From: a virus
Lineage: Duplodnaviria > Caudoviricetes
Reading direction: 5' to 3' (one strand)
IMG/VR virus record: IMGVR_UViG_3300029169_000020
Span: 1 to 33,172 of that record
Length of the DNA: 33,172 nucleotides
Part shown: positions 17,404 to 27,569 of the stretch, piece by piece
How positions within the stretch are numbered: the stretch's first letter is position 1
How the letters are laid out: the number at the start of each line of letters is the position of its first letter
Position numbers and translations under genes: made by a program
The notes under the pieces: generated by a model
The model's database searches: none
What the model saw: only the letters and a program-made list of their open reading frames with translations
Told to the model about the DNA's origin: nothing

Positions 17404-18896
17404 TTTTTTTCTCCTGGGAACATAAAGTCTTTGAATATTCTCCATATGTCTTTGTTAGGGTCTTCCTGCAACAAAGGTATCTCTTTCGATTGATGTGTGG
17501 GCAATCCACCCTTCATTTTTATTGCTTTTTCTATTATTTCATTTGCTCTTCTCTCGGGTATATTCTTGTCTCTTACTAGATTATTTCTAAGCAGAAATAT
17601 GCTGTCTTTGTCTGTAATGCTTCTTGCAAGATCCGGTATCAAAGAATCAATCTTTTCGTTAATTTTTTTATTTTCCGATTCTTGTCTCTCTGCTTCTCTT
17701 TTGAGTGCAGTTGGTGAGCTTATTGGTTTTGCTGTAGGTATTTGTATTTTTGGCATCTTATCTAGCACTGCTCTAAGTGGCTTGCTTTCTTCAGATGTAA
17801 ACTCATGCGCCATGTGTCTTGACCATCCTTGATTCATCAATATGCTTCTCGCTTTATCGACGGCCTCAGGATGTTCTCCGACTTCTTTTAAGTATGATTG
17901 GGCCCAGTTTTTTGTGTTATTTATAGCTCCTTTTGTGTCTCTTGGACTTATCAAATTTGGTTTTCCTTTTATAGCTCCTTGTGCTTCTAACTCCACAATC
18001 TGACCTAATTTCTTTCTTGCGCTACTCCAAATACTTTGATCACTTGCTTTTGGGTTTTTAGACTTCTCTTCTTGAAACTTGTTGTATGCTATATCTGTAT
18101 AGTACTGCGGTACTTCTCTATCTTCTGTTGTTATTCCTACTTGTCGCAAAAAGTCTTTTGATTTGTTTTCAACAAAAGCTCTTTGTTCGCTTTCTAGACC
18201 TCTTTCTTGCTGAAACTCCGATATATCTTGTTTCCACTTGTCCATTTGAGATTCATATCTCTGGACTCCAAGTTTTACGTCCTGCTGAACTTTTTTAAAA
18301 GCGTCGTCGGGTGTTGCTCCGGCATCTACATATTGCTGTATAGATTCATTCAGTTGTTCTGTCGTTGGTACTTCATAGGCTGGCTTAGATTCAGCAAACT
18401 TAGGTAAATCACTCATTATACTAAGTGGTATTTGTTCACTAGTCTGAACTACTTGCGTTACGTTATCCCTAAGATTACTTATTCTGTCTAGATTTGTGGG
18501 TTCTTCTTGTGCTCCGATTTGTTCTGATGTTATTTGTGACTGTTGAGTTTGTTGTTGTCTTTGCGGAGATGCTGATACACCGCTTCTTATCGCAGCTTGT
18601 CCCTGCGCTTGCTTCATCATAGATGGAGCTAGTGTTTCAACAACATTCATCCAACCCGGTATTCCTGCTCCTGACCTAACTAGTGTTTGCAAGTTTTCTG
18701 CAAAAGTAGGCTGTCTGCTTTGTATATTTCCTTGTTCATCTTTCTGCTCTATAGGCTTACCTAAAGAACTTAAACTATCTAGGGCATTAAGCATACGATA
18801 TCTATCAGCTTGGGATGATAGAGCTTGTCCCGCACCTTCTCCTAAAGATTTGCCTATCATTCCACCTAGATCAAATCCTGGCAATACTTGTACCAT
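17400..18896 (-). CDS. Putative ejection/DNA-transfer protein
   Basis: 498 aa, helical, Gln-rich, Gly-rich N-terminus; position after the nozzle as for P22 gp7/gp20/gp16. Confidence 0.65.
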   Translation of the reverse strand: MVQVLPGFDLGGMIGKSLGEGAGQALSSQADRYRMLNALDSLSSLGKPIEQKDEQGNIQSRQPTFAENLQTLVRSGAGIPGWMNVVETLAPSMMKQAQGQAAIRSGVSASPQRQQQTQQSQITSEQIGAQEEPTNLDRISNLRDNVTQVVQTSEQIPLSIMSDLPKFAESKPAYEVPTTEQLNESIQQYVDAGATPDDAFKKVQQDVKLGVQRYESQMDKWKQDISEFQQERGLESEQRAFVENKSKDFLRQVGITTEDREVPQYYTDIAYNKFQEEKSKNPKASDQSIWSSARKKLGQIVELEAQGAIKGKPNLISPRDTKGAINNTKNWAQSYLKEVGEHPEAVDKARSILMNQGWSRHMAHEFTSEESKPLRAVLDKMPKIQIPTAKPISSPTALKREAERQESENKKINEKIDSLIPDLARSITDKDSIFLLRNNLVRDKNIPERRANEIIEKAIKMKGGLPTHQSKEIPLLQEDPNKDIWRIFKDFMFPGEKK

Positions 18897-18906
18897 TTTT
18901 ATTCTC

Positions 18907-19422
18907 CTAGTTTAAAAAATATGATACTGCTGATTTACCTGCACCTTGTCCTAGTCCTCCTAACAATCCGCCTAGCAATCCCATCTGTGGTTGCTGATAT
19001 GTTGTTTCGAAAGATGGTGTAAAGCCTTGTCCTGTCATTCCAGAAAGCTGACCCATTGCTTGTCCTTTTAACTGTGCTCTTAATTGCGCTAATTGTGTAG
19101 ACAGATCTTTACCAGCTTGTCCAAGCGTTTGCTGAAATCCAGATGAGTCTTGTGCTCCTCCTGATCCCATTCCTGCAAATCTTTCAGATATAGTAGGCAA
19201 AACGTCTCTTTCAAATTGCTGCATCATAGGTGCTTCAAACTGTTGCATAGCATCAGGATCATCTGAAAGTATATTTTGTAGATACTCAAAACCTTGCGGC
19301 ATAGCTTGCATTAGCTGGCTTAACAACATTTGTTGCATCTGATTTTGCTGCGGCTTAAATCTATCTACCTGTTGGTATTTTGGTCCGCTTCCGAAGATCA
19401 TTTCTTTTAGATTGAACGCCAT
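18907..19422 (-). CDS. Putative ejection/pilot protein
   Basis: Gln/Met/Gly-rich with amphipathic GLLGGLLGGLG C-terminus; GAGGTG SD before ATG 19422. Confidence 0.7.
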   Translation of the reverse strand: MAFNLKEMIFGSGPKYQQVDRFKPQQNQMQQMLLSQLMQAMPQGFEYLQNILSDDPDAMQQFEAPMMQQFERDVLPTISERFAGMGSGGAQDSSGFQQTLGQAGKDLSTQLAQLRAQLKGQAMGQLSGMTGQGFTPSFETTYQQPQMGLLGGLLGGLGQGAGKSAVSYFLN

Positions 19423-19430
19423 TTTCACCT

Positions 19431-19934
19431 CTAGTTTTGTATATATTCTAACACTACATAGCATTCCGTGTATGCTGTATAGTTTGCTGCTGTTGTTATA
19501 TTTACATTCGTTGCGTCTACATCTATACGTATACCGTTTGCTAAAGTTGCTGGATCTACGTACGGAATAGGTATTGCAGAGTTAGTAGTTGATGCTGCTG
19601 GATCTGTTGCCGTAGCATATATATGTGTAAATATTGTTGTTGCTTGGGTTGATATGTTGTGAGCAACGCTTTTCGTTGCTGCATTAGGAAGTGATCCAAA
19701 GTCTACTACTGTTCGGTATACAGCTCTAGTTTTTGTTGAATCTGATGAAGTGAACCAATTTTGTCCTGTTTCTGACTGTACTGTGTTATATGATCCTATT
19801 TCTTTGTCATTTAGAGCGTCTACTATTCGCTTGAAATAGTCAGTTAGTACAAGGTTCGCCTCTTCTGTATCAGTAGGTATGATAAGATCGTTCGGAACAT
19901 ATGATTGATTTGAGTTGTCAGGTGAAAACGTCAT
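19431..19934 (-). CDS. Tail-associated protein
   Basis: VYRTVVDFGSLPN...VAHNI...YVVLEY motif seen at phage tail-protein C-termini; TGATG-coupled start. Confidence 0.7.
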   Translation of the reverse strand: MTFSPDNSNQSYVPNDLIIPTDTEEANLVLTDYFKRIVDALNDKEIGSYNTVQSETGQNWFTSSDSTKTRAVYRTVVDFGSLPNAATKSVAHNISTQATTIFTHIYATATDPAASTTNSAIPIPYVDPATLANGIRIDVDATNVNITTAANYTAYTECYVVLEYIQN

Positions 19935-22444
19935 CAGTTTACTAGCCTCGATCCTTTTTCGTGCCAAACTATAATTGAGTTTAACACAAAATCGCTATCA
20001 TGTATCTCTTTTGATATCATCTGAGCATCACTTAGTGTTATTTCATACTGAAAGAACTGAGATGAAACATTGCAGAAAAATCTATGCCACACTTTGTTTT
20101 CATTTTGTACAGAAGCGTTTTCAGGTAGAGCTGTTGTTATCATTGCGCTGTTAAAAAAGTTATCTGATGATTTTGGGTTTATGCGCTGGTCGTTGTTGTA
20201 GTCAATATAAATCGGTATGTCTACCTGTCCTTTTTGCGTCTTATCTACAAAAAAGTCTAAATATCCAAGCTGACTTTGCTTTCCCTGGTTTAACATATTG
20301 AATTTTTTAGATCTTATTCTAAATCCTGTGATTCTTGTTATCTCGCCTCCAGATATATATGTAGATCCACCTGCTAAAACAACGTCATCATATAGAGCAT
20401 CCAGGTTTTCAGCCTCTCCAGATGCTGGTGTTCCTGTAAATAACGAGCTATCTAAATCGCAAGTGAATGTATTTCCAGCTGTAAGTATAGTAGCTGTTCT
20501 ATCGTTGAATTGCGTTGCTCCTGTAACAGAGCTAAACTGTACTAGATCTCCTACAGAAAGAGTATTTCCTGCGCTTACAACAGTTGTTGTTGTGCCTTTT
20601 GTTATGGATGTTATAGCTGTTCTTGTTTTTTGCTGTATTTGAAACGTATTTTGTGCTTTATTTATGACTTGATAGCGATATCCGTTCAACGAGCTTGATG
20701 TTCCGGATATATCGTTAATCTCTATTATTTCGCCGTCTTCTAAGTTGTGATCTGGGCTAGTTATTGTCGGTGGCGTTCCTGTTGCTATTGCAGTTATTAT
20801 CAAAGACTTATCATTTCTTACTTTTGAGTTTAGGATTGATATATATCCTTGCTGATTGCCTCCTACTATCAATGGAAATTGGCTTTGTGTTCTGCCTGCT
20901 GACCAAGACTTTCTATATTCTTGCCATTTAATTCCTGTTAGATCGCTCCATCTTAGGTCGTTTGTTCTATGAAAGTCACCAAGAGCTGTAAAATGGTCGC
21001 TTAAAAAGGACCATGTGTTGTTGTCATAGTTGTAAATCAACATTTTATTCGGATACGTAGGGTTTACATCAGCAGATGGGAACGTCCAATAAACAACTTG
21101 CTCAAAGAAATTTCTTTTACCGTTGACTCGTCTAACTCCGCTGTTACCGTTGTGTATTTTGAACACTTCGTCTCGTATAGAGTCATCTATTCTCTTTACG
21201 TTGTTTCCATTACATGTTACTACTCCTTTGTCTCCGACTGCTAGTATCCCGTCGTCAAAACTTACTGTTGAAAATCTTGATTCTGCTCCTAGCTCTGTGT
21301 TTATGCGCTCCCACACAAAAGGTAATACTACATTTCCAGTGAACCTTAACTTCCATGTGCTTTTTTCGAAGAATACGATTAGTACGTCACGTATAAATGC
21401 TGCAGATATAATATGTTCATTAGTTGGTGCATCTACGAATCCACCTCTCCCTTGCACATCGTCAACCCATCCTCCTGATGTAGATGATGCTATGTTTGTG
21501 GGGTCTCCGTTTTGTGAAAACCTTGCTCTATTTGCATGTTGTACTGTTGCTGTAGCACCGGTTGTATTTGCTGCTTCGTATGTATTTAGAGCTACAAGTC
21601 TCCCCCTGTACGGAATGATTATTTTTGCCGTTATCATGGCGTCTGTAGCGCCGCTTTTAAGTCCTGGTAAAAATGGTGTAGCATTCCAAGTTGTTCCGTT
21701 ATAGTATCTTATAGGATCCGTTGTTGCTACAGTTCCAGCGCTATATCCATTTGTTACCCAAAAAAGCTTGTTATTGCTAGCGTCAAACCAATAGTTAGTT
21801 GACCAAAAAAAATCAGAATTGCTACCTGACCAAGTTGTTGCTGTAGTGCTTGATAGCTCAGCAAAGCTAGTGCCAGAAAAAGCATAAGCATAAACAGTAT
21901 CAAAAAGAATTGTATCTTCGGCGTTGATTGCATTTAACTCCCTTTGATGTATGCCCATGCATGGTTCAGTAGGATAATAGTTAAAATCTACTGTAACAGC
22001 TTCTGCTCCGTAGGTTCCAGCTGACAATTCGATCGTAAATGCCATGCTGAAATAGTCTATTGAAGAGCTTCCTACATCTAATGTTGCTGTGCCTGCTGTC
22101 TGCGTAAATCCACCTAATCCATCGTCGTCTACAGTTATCAGACCACCAACTGTTATTGTGATAGATCCTGTTTCCAGGTTTGAATTTGTCTCTAATGATA
22201 ATGTAGATTTTATGTTTCCTGAGTATGTTGTTCCAGCTCCTGGCGCATTTCCTAAGCTTTGTGCCGTAAGAACTCTTCTTAGTCTTCCTAGAAATTCTGG
22301 AGCTTGCCTTCTCTTTACCACGCCACGCCAGACGTATGCGTTCTCTAAAACTACATATGCATCATTTGGAGTTACGTACTGCTGACGGTCTTTAATCAGT
22401 CCGCTATCATTATATGCAATCGTCGTTGGAGTATATCTTGGCAT
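19934..22444 (-). CDS. Podovirus tail nozzle/stabilisation protein (P22 gp10/T7 gp12-like) with FCCH-like inserts
   Basis: 836 aa; LENAYVWRG.VKRR N-terminus, YRGRLV, RFSQ.GDP, YNY...TWS propeller-like motifs. Confidence 0.75.
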   Translation of the reverse strand: MPRYTPTTIAYNDSGLIKDRQQYVTPNDAYVVLENAYVWRGVVKRRQAPEFLGRLRRVLTAQSLGNAPGAGTTYSGNIKSTLSLETNSNLETGSITITVGGLITVDDDGLGGFTQTAGTATLDVGSSSIDYFSMAFTIELSAGTYGAEAVTVDFNYYPTEPCMGIHQRELNAINAEDTILFDTVYAYAFSGTSFAELSSTTATTWSGSNSDFFWSTNYWFDASNNKLFWVTNGYSAGTVATTDPIRYYNGTTWNATPFLPGLKSGATDAMITAKIIIPYRGRLVALNTYEAANTTGATATVQHANRARFSQNGDPTNIASSTSGGWVDDVQGRGGFVDAPTNEHIISAAFIRDVLIVFFEKSTWKLRFTGNVVLPFVWERINTELGAESRFSTVSFDDGILAVGDKGVVTCNGNNVKRIDDSIRDEVFKIHNGNSGVRRVNGKRNFFEQVVYWTFPSADVNPTYPNKMLIYNYDNNTWSFLSDHFTALGDFHRTNDLRWSDLTGIKWQEYRKSWSAGRTQSQFPLIVGGNQQGYISILNSKVRNDKSLIITAIATGTPPTITSPDHNLEDGEIIEINDISGTSSSLNGYRYQVINKAQNTFQIQQKTRTAITSITKGTTTTVVSAGNTLSVGDLVQFSSVTGATQFNDRTATILTAGNTFTCDLDSSLFTGTPASGEAENLDALYDDVVLAGGSTYISGGEITRITGFRIRSKKFNMLNQGKQSQLGYLDFFVDKTQKGQVDIPIYIDYNNDQRINPKSSDNFFNSAMITTALPENASVQNENKVWHRFFCNVSSQFFQYEITLSDAQMISKEIHDSDFVLNSIIVWHEKGSRLVN

Positions 22445-23145
22445 TATTGCACTCTCCAGCAGATCACAACAGCGCCTGTTAACGATGCTGTAACGGTGTT
22501 GTTTTGATTGACAAATTCTATTTCTATGAATGATGGGTCTATTTTAAGACTATATGTGTTTGTGTTTGAAGGTTTTCCTATTATAGGATTGCTTCCGCTG
22601 TTGAACCCGTTTGCTGTCCACATATATTTGTTAGTTGGATTACCTGAGCTATCGACTACTTGATTTGTAAAAGCAAAATGATAAGTGCACTTGCTGGCGG
22701 TCTTACGAAATGTTGCTGCTGTGTCTAGATTGTAACTATTGTTTACTGTGAAATTATATGATCCTGGCGTTATGTTTGCGCTTGGAGTTAAGTCAGATAG
22801 ATTTATAGCAAAAACAGGGTGCATTCCTATGAACACTTCGCCGTCTTTTGTTATTTGGTTGACTGTTCCGTTGTTTTCTTGTCGACTATATATCTCTGTA
22901 TCTGTTCCATCTTCTAGTGCAAATAGGGCTATTTCGTTTATTGCTGTTGCAGGGCTATCTACATCTATATCGCTTCCGAGGCTTACTAATGTTACTTTGT
23001 TGTGCTTTCCTTTATCTGCTGAAGCGTTAAATGCTACGTGATCTTCTGAAAACACAGTATTTAGCTGCCCAAAGTTTGTTAACATGTCTCCTTGTGAGTC
23101 TGACATGTCATCTGTTGCGCCGGGGATAGATGGATTGAAAGTCAT
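22444..23145 (-). CDS. Virion protein, paralogue of 23152-23841
   Basis: Shared N-terminus (F/Y)NP.IP...D..S.SQ.....NF.....VF...H.....GKH..V. Confidence 0.75.
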   Translation of the reverse strand: MTFNPSIPGATDDMSDSQGDMLTNFGQLNTVFSEDHVAFNASADKGKHNKVTLVSLGSDIDVDSPATAINEIALFALEDGTDTEIYSRQENNGTVNQITKDGEVFIGMHPVFAINLSDLTPSANITPGSYNFTVNNSYNLDTAATFRKTASKCTYHFAFTNQVVDSSGNPTNKYMWTANGFNSGSNPIIGKPSNTNTYSLKIDPSFIEIEFVNQNNTVTASLTGAVVICWRVQ

Positions 23146-23151
23146 ATATAC

Positions 23152-23841
23152 TCATGCTACTGTGTAAACTTGCACGTACACTACACTAGTAAGTCTACGT
23201 ACATTTCCGTTTTGATTTTTTGTTTTTACTCTTAGCATAGATGCTGTAACAGATGTGCTATATGTTCCAGAATTAAAGGGTGTTGTGCTTGCAAACTTAT
23301 CAGCCGCACTAAAATCTGGTCGCGCATATGTTCCGCTAATGTTCCAAAAATATTTGTCAGTGCTAATGTTATTCGTGAAATTAACAACCCAATCATCGAT
23401 TATGTTTTTTGAGTTTGATAGAGGATTAGGTATCGTTATGCTAGATACGTTATAGCTTAAATCTTCTCCATTTGGATTCTTCAGTATATTTCCATCTACA
23501 TCAAAAATAACAAATGCCTCTAGACTCAGTGCAGGTGATATTCTTCCTCTCTTAGTCCATCTAAAAACTGTTCCGGAGCTTTCATTTCTTGCGTAAATTT
23601 CAGGAGTTCCAGAAACATCTTTTGTGTATACTGATATAACGTTAGATGATGTTGTAGGATCTGATCCTTGCTCTGCAAAACCTACGCGCTTATGTTTTCC
23701 TCTGTTGCTTACATTGTCGTCTGTAAGTGAAAAATGATTTTTTTCAAATACTTGCTGAACTGTGTTAAAGTTTGCAAATATCTCTTTCTGTGAGACGCTT
23801 ATGAAGTCTCCCGACTGAGGAATGTTAGGATTATAACCCAC
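23152..23841 (-). CDS. Virion protein, paralogue of 22444-23145
   Basis: Same shared N-terminal motif; position between adaptor and nozzle. Confidence 0.75.
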   Translation of the reverse strand: MGYNPNIPQSGDFISVSQKEIFANFNTVQQVFEKNHFSLTDDNVSNRGKHKRVGFAEQGSDPTTSSNVISVYTKDVSGTPEIYARNESSGTVFRWTKRGRISPALSLEAFVIFDVDGNILKNPNGEDLSYNVSSITIPNPLSNSKNIIDDWVVNFTNNISTDKYFWNISGTYARPDFSAADKFASTTPFNSGTYSTSVTASMLRVKTKNQNGNVRRLTSVVYVQVYTVA

Positions 23842-24800
23842 TAAAACCTTCCAAAGCTGTTGCCGTTTGCTTGTGAGCCTTGCTCTAAATTGCTGTATAT
23901 AGTTTGCGTTCTATCATTTGTGTTCTGCAATATTGTTCTATGCAATACGTATTGTCTCTGTTCATCGTATCTTGGATATATAGCTTGCATCATTTCTGTA
24001 TCTTGTCGATCTTCTAGTATCTTTAGCGCTGCACTAAATGCTATCATCTGCCACCACTGTTCGACATCAGGGCTGTCGTTGTCATTATCTAAAAGATTTG
24101 TAGGCTTTGTATACACTTCAAAATCAACACGATATACTTTGTCCGGTATCGGTCTAACTGTAAGATATTGATCGTAGAAAAGAAGTGCTTTAGGTTTCCC
24201 AGCTACATATGGATAGTACGAAGCTCTTATAGTCTCTGTAGTTGCAATAGTATCTGAAAACGTAAACGTAACTACTCCAGTTAAGTAATTTATTGTTCCT
24301 ACTATAGGTGTTGTTGTTGTTTCTGCTACAATGTTTCCTGTTGATTCAGTCAAAGGTATGTCTACTAGCTTTTGTGTTACGTCATTTGTATCTGTAGCGT
24401 ATACAACTAATGATCTTCTAGCGATAGGTGTATTTTCTAGTGTGAATGTGTAAGGTCCTGCGCTTGTATCTCCTGCCCCTAATGATTGGTCGTATTCTGT
24501 TTTAGGATACCAAGCAAAGAGTATCTCGTTTTTTTGTGTGTATGATATCTGTTCTCCAGCTACATATACAGGCGGATTTATGCCCAAAACCGTATTAACA
24601 GGTATAGTGTATCTATCTTCATTTGGAGTTGTGTAAACAGTATAATTTTCGTTGAGATTCCATAATTTTAGATCTGCTGGTAGGTCTTGTTCATATGCAA
24701 TGTCTACGTAATCATCTATTTCTGAATCTGGAAGCTGTAGGCTGGATGGTGAAGCAGTAAGTCTTCTTACTTTCCTGCGTATTTTTTGTAACGTGCTCAT
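23841..24800 (-). CDS. Head-tail adaptor protein
   Basis: TL..IR.KVRRLT N-terminal helix, LTVRPIPDKVY.V, helical C-terminus; position after the capsid genes. Confidence 0.72.
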   Translation of the reverse strand: MSTLQKIRRKVRRLTASPSSLQLPDSEIDDYVDIAYEQDLPADLKLWNLNENYTVYTTPNEDRYTIPVNTVLGINPPVYVAGEQISYTQKNEILFAWYPKTEYDQSLGAGDTSAGPYTFTLENTPIARRSLVVYATDTNDVTQKLVDIPLTESTGNIVAETTTTPIVGTINYLTGVVTFTFSDTIATTETIRASYYPYVAGKPKALLFYDQYLTVRPIPDKVYRVDFEVYTKPTNLLDNDNDSPDVEQWWQMIAFSAALKILEDRQDTEMMQAIYPRYDEQRQYVLHRTILQNTNDRTQTIYSNLEQGSQANGNSFGRF

Positions 24801-24853
24801 ATACTACCTCTTATTGAATCTATGATACACTTTTTTTTTGAAAAAAGATAGCT

Positions 24854-25189
24854 TTAAGCTGTGTTTTCTCCGACGTATGTTATGGGTACAACATGCGACT
24901 GCGTAAAAGCAGGTGGGAAGGATGGGGTTGTATATGTTGGTGATTCTGTTGTATTTACATCTATTGTAAACGTAGTTGAGGTTGGAACAGTAAGTATTGT
25001 AGCTACTTGTTCTAATTTCAACTGATACTTATCAGATATATGCAATCTTATTCGTGTACCAACTGTATATCCGTGATCTTCTGTTGTTGTTATCTCAGCA
25101 TTTGTTGCATTCGAGACAGCGGAAATCTCACGCCTTTTTAGCTCGAAGTCTGCTAAGCTGTCTTTATAGAAAGACGGCAAATATATCAT
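24854..25189 (-). CDS. FCCH-like single-domain virion protein
   Basis: ISAVSNATNAEITTTEDHGYTVG..IRL...TTFTIDVNT resembles the E1 FCCH-like domain common in phage structural proteins. Confidence 0.75.
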   Translation of the reverse strand: MIYLPSFYKDSLADFELKRREISAVSNATNAEITTTEDHGYTVGTRIRLHISDKYQLKLEQVATILTVPTSTTFTIDVNTTESPTYTTPSFPPAFTQSHVVPITYVGENTA

Positions 25190-25551
25190 TTATAGTACTC
25201 TAGACTTTCGAAGTTCATACGGCTAATATATTTTCCTTTGAGATCTACCGATGGGTTTCCGTCGGGCCCCAGAATATTAGAATGTACGTAGTATCCGCAG
25301 TTTGTGTTGATATGTTTTGCAAGACCAACAGGTATCTCATATTCGCAAGAATCTTTTAGAGTCCATCTTCTGACCGGATCTCCTTTAAATTCTTTCCAAA
25401 CTATAGTTACTTCACCTCCTCTAGGCTCATGACATCTAAACACTCCTTTTACTAACTTGTTTCCTTCTTTTCTCTCTTTTTCAATTTCTTCTGAACTTCG
25501 TCTTTTTGGTGTTGAACTACTTCTTGTAGTCTTTCTCCCTATAACTTCCAT
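25186..25551 (-). CDS. Hypothetical head-module protein
   Basis: 121 aa, AAGGTG SD, within the late operon. Confidence 0.75.
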   Translation of the reverse strand: MEVIGRKTTRSSSTPKRRSSEEIEKERKEGNKLVKGVFRCHEPRGGEVTIVWKEFKGDPVRRWTLKDSCEYEIPVGLAKHINTNCGYYVHSNILGPDGNPSVDLKGKYISRMNFESLEYYK

Positions 25552-25562
25552 ACTTCACCTTA

Positions 25563-25611
25563 AATAGATGTAAAGCGGCTTTACATCTATTCATGTAAAG
25601 CCGCTTTACAT
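25563..25611. repeat. Double palindrome / 19-bp inverted repeat ATGTAAAGCGGCTTTACAT-6 nt-ATGTAAAGCCGCTTTACAT
   Basis: Seen directly; the first palindrome extends to 14-bp arms (25563-25591). Confidence 0.9.
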
Positions 25612-25614
25612 TGT

Positions 25615-26574
25615 TTATTCGTAGTTTGTAAATCCTGACTTAAGAGCTTCCCAATCAATAACATCTGATGTTGATCCAGCTGGACTATCTACGCCGGCTA
25701 ATAGGCTCATCAGTATTGATGATTGATTATCTACTGCCTGATCAACTCCATTTGCAACATCTCCAAACGGTACTACATGTGCATGTGTAAATGGCACGGA
25801 AGCAGAAGTTGGAAATGAGAATGCTGTAAATGCAGAGCTATCTATATCTAGAGTGATAGTATTAGTGGTTGTATTTACTGCTGTAACTGTTCCTACTAAT
25901 CCGTCCGCCTGAGTCATAGAAAACGCAGAAGGCACACTTAGTCTTACTTTGTCATTTACAGCTAGATTGTGCGTGACTGAAAGTGTTACAACTGCGCTAG
26001 ATGCTGCTGTAATACCAGTTATGTAGTTAACTCTTGGAACATACAGAGGGCTATTTGGTATGCGTCTAAACTGACCAGCTGTCGCTGCGGCTGCGAATCC
26101 TGATGCATCTAAATATCCTAGAGTAAATGCGTTTGCGCTACCTACAGCAGTTACAGTAAATTCCATGCCGGAAATTTGTAACATAGCAGTCGTGCTATAT
26201 GCTCTTACTAAGTCGCCCACGCTGTATCCATGTGCGGTTGCTGTAACAACAGCCGGGCTAGCCGCTGTAATTGCAGTTGCTGTTTTTGCAGCCTCGGGAG
26301 TTTGTACGCTAGTATCACGTCTAACAAACCCGCCGCTTGTGATGAATTCGTGAGTAACAGTGTTTGCGCTGTTCTCTTTCGAGATCATGTATGCTTCGCC
26401 GTCTGCTAATCCTTTTCTCCACTCGAAGTCTATACCGCGCCCGGGGTTTTGAGTAGTTGCGGTCTGCGTTCTGTTTTTTACGCGAAATATATCAAAGTCT
26501 GATCTTAACGGAATATTTTTTGTGCTTCCAGCCGATGTAAATGATCCGCTGGCTACTAATTGCTCAAGTGACAT
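25615..26574 (-). CDS. Virion protein with two FCCH-like domains (possible capsid decoration)
   Basis: ITAASPAVVTATAHGYSVGD and ITAASSAVVTLSVTHNLAVND repeats; directly after MCP. Confidence 0.8.
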   Translation of the reverse strand: MSLEQLVASGSFTSAGSTKNIPLRSDFDIFRVKNRTQTATTQNPGRGIDFEWRKGLADGEAYMISKENSANTVTHEFITSGGFVRRDTSVQTPEAAKTATAITAASPAVVTATAHGYSVGDLVRAYSTTAMLQISGMEFTVTAVGSANAFTLGYLDASGFAAAATAGQFRRIPNSPLYVPRVNYITGITAASSAVVTLSVTHNLAVNDKVRLSVPSAFSMTQADGLVGTVTAVNTTTNTITLDIDSSAFTAFSFPTSASVPFTHAHVVPFGDVANGVDQAVDNQSSILMSLLAGVDSPAGSTSDVIDWEALKSGFTNYE

Positions 26575-26587
26575 TTTATCCCCTTTT

Positions 26588-27535
26588 TTATACGCTTAGT
26601 GTTACTCGATATTTTATTACCCATGCGTCGTTTGTTATGCGCGGGACTTCTGCAAATTTGTATCCAACTGAGCAATTGAGAGCCAGGGGACCGTCATAAA
26701 TCGGTGGGCGGTAGATGAATTGAGAAGAGTAGCCGTCTTGTTCTATACATGCATATGCTTCCATGCCAACACAAAAAATATCATATACGTCTGCGCCGTT
26801 AAGCGATGCATTTTCTTCTATCGCTCCTATTGATGATAGTAGAAATCTAAGATTTGATACAGAACCGTACTCTGGCCTAAGTACCTTATCCTGGTTGGGA
26901 TACTGAGCTTTAGCGATAAATCCTGTGACGTTGTCGAGATCTCCTACTAGTTGTGTAGACCCGAGCGCGAAAAACGCGTCACGCACAGGTGCTGTGCCGA
27001 ACTTGTCTTCACCTTCTATTGCGTCTGAGATAGTATATGCGTTGTTATTTAGAAGGATGCGTATGATATCGTCTATATCTTCGCGAGCGATCTCGGTCGG
27101 ATTATCTCCGTTTACACCGTTTGTACCGTTTACAAAGCTTGCAGTGCTTTTAAGCATGTCACGAGTAAGTTCATCTTCGGTTTGTCTTAGGCTTACTCCC
27201 AGGCGTTTTGCAGCTTGGTTTAAGACGGGATCTTGATTTTGCAACGTAACCTGCTCATTAATATATAGATACGTTCCGTAAAAGTCCATTTGAGCATCGA
27301 TATTAACAGCTGTAAGCTGTTGAGCTGGAGGATGTATGCCGCTGTTGCCTAGAGGCACTGTTGCAGTGTTCAGAGGATTATACCTGCGCAGACGTAATGT
27401 CGTTCCGCCGTTCCTAGGCATTTGCTGAAGCATCGCAGGTATTTTGTGGATCATATACGGAGTGGGTACAGCTAGCAATTTGTAGCCGAATGACTGCTGA
27501 ACCGGAGCTGGCAGCACTGATGTTGTTGTGTTCAT
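26588..27535 (-). CDS. Major capsid protein, N4-gp56-like
   Basis: MPRNGGTTLRLRRY.PL, YG.Y..I.EQV.L...DPVL, EYGSVSNLRF, GPL....SVGYK motifs; GAGG SD. Confidence 0.9.
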   Translation of the reverse strand: MNTTTSVLPAPVQQSFGYKLLAVPTPYMIHKIPAMLQQMPRNGGTTLRLRRYNPLNTATVPLGNSGIHPPAQQLTAVNIDAQMDFYGTYLYINEQVTLQNQDPVLNQAAKRLGVSLRQTEDELTRDMLKSTASFVNGTNGVNGDNPTEIAREDIDDIIRILLNNNAYTISDAIEGEDKFGTAPVRDAFFALGSTQLVGDLDNVTGFIAKAQYPNQDKVLRPEYGSVSNLRFLLSSIGAIEENASLNGADVYDIFCVGMEAYACIEQDGYSSQFIYRPPIYDGPLALNCSVGYKFAEVPRITNDAWVIKYRVTLSV

Positions 27536-27569
27536 ATAACCTCGCGCAAAAAAAACGCGATAAACGACA

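Noticed and set aside
484-27535. Stop-codon reassignment
   Set aside because: Core genes are full length in the standard code, and TAA, TAG and TGA all end genes at tight junctions
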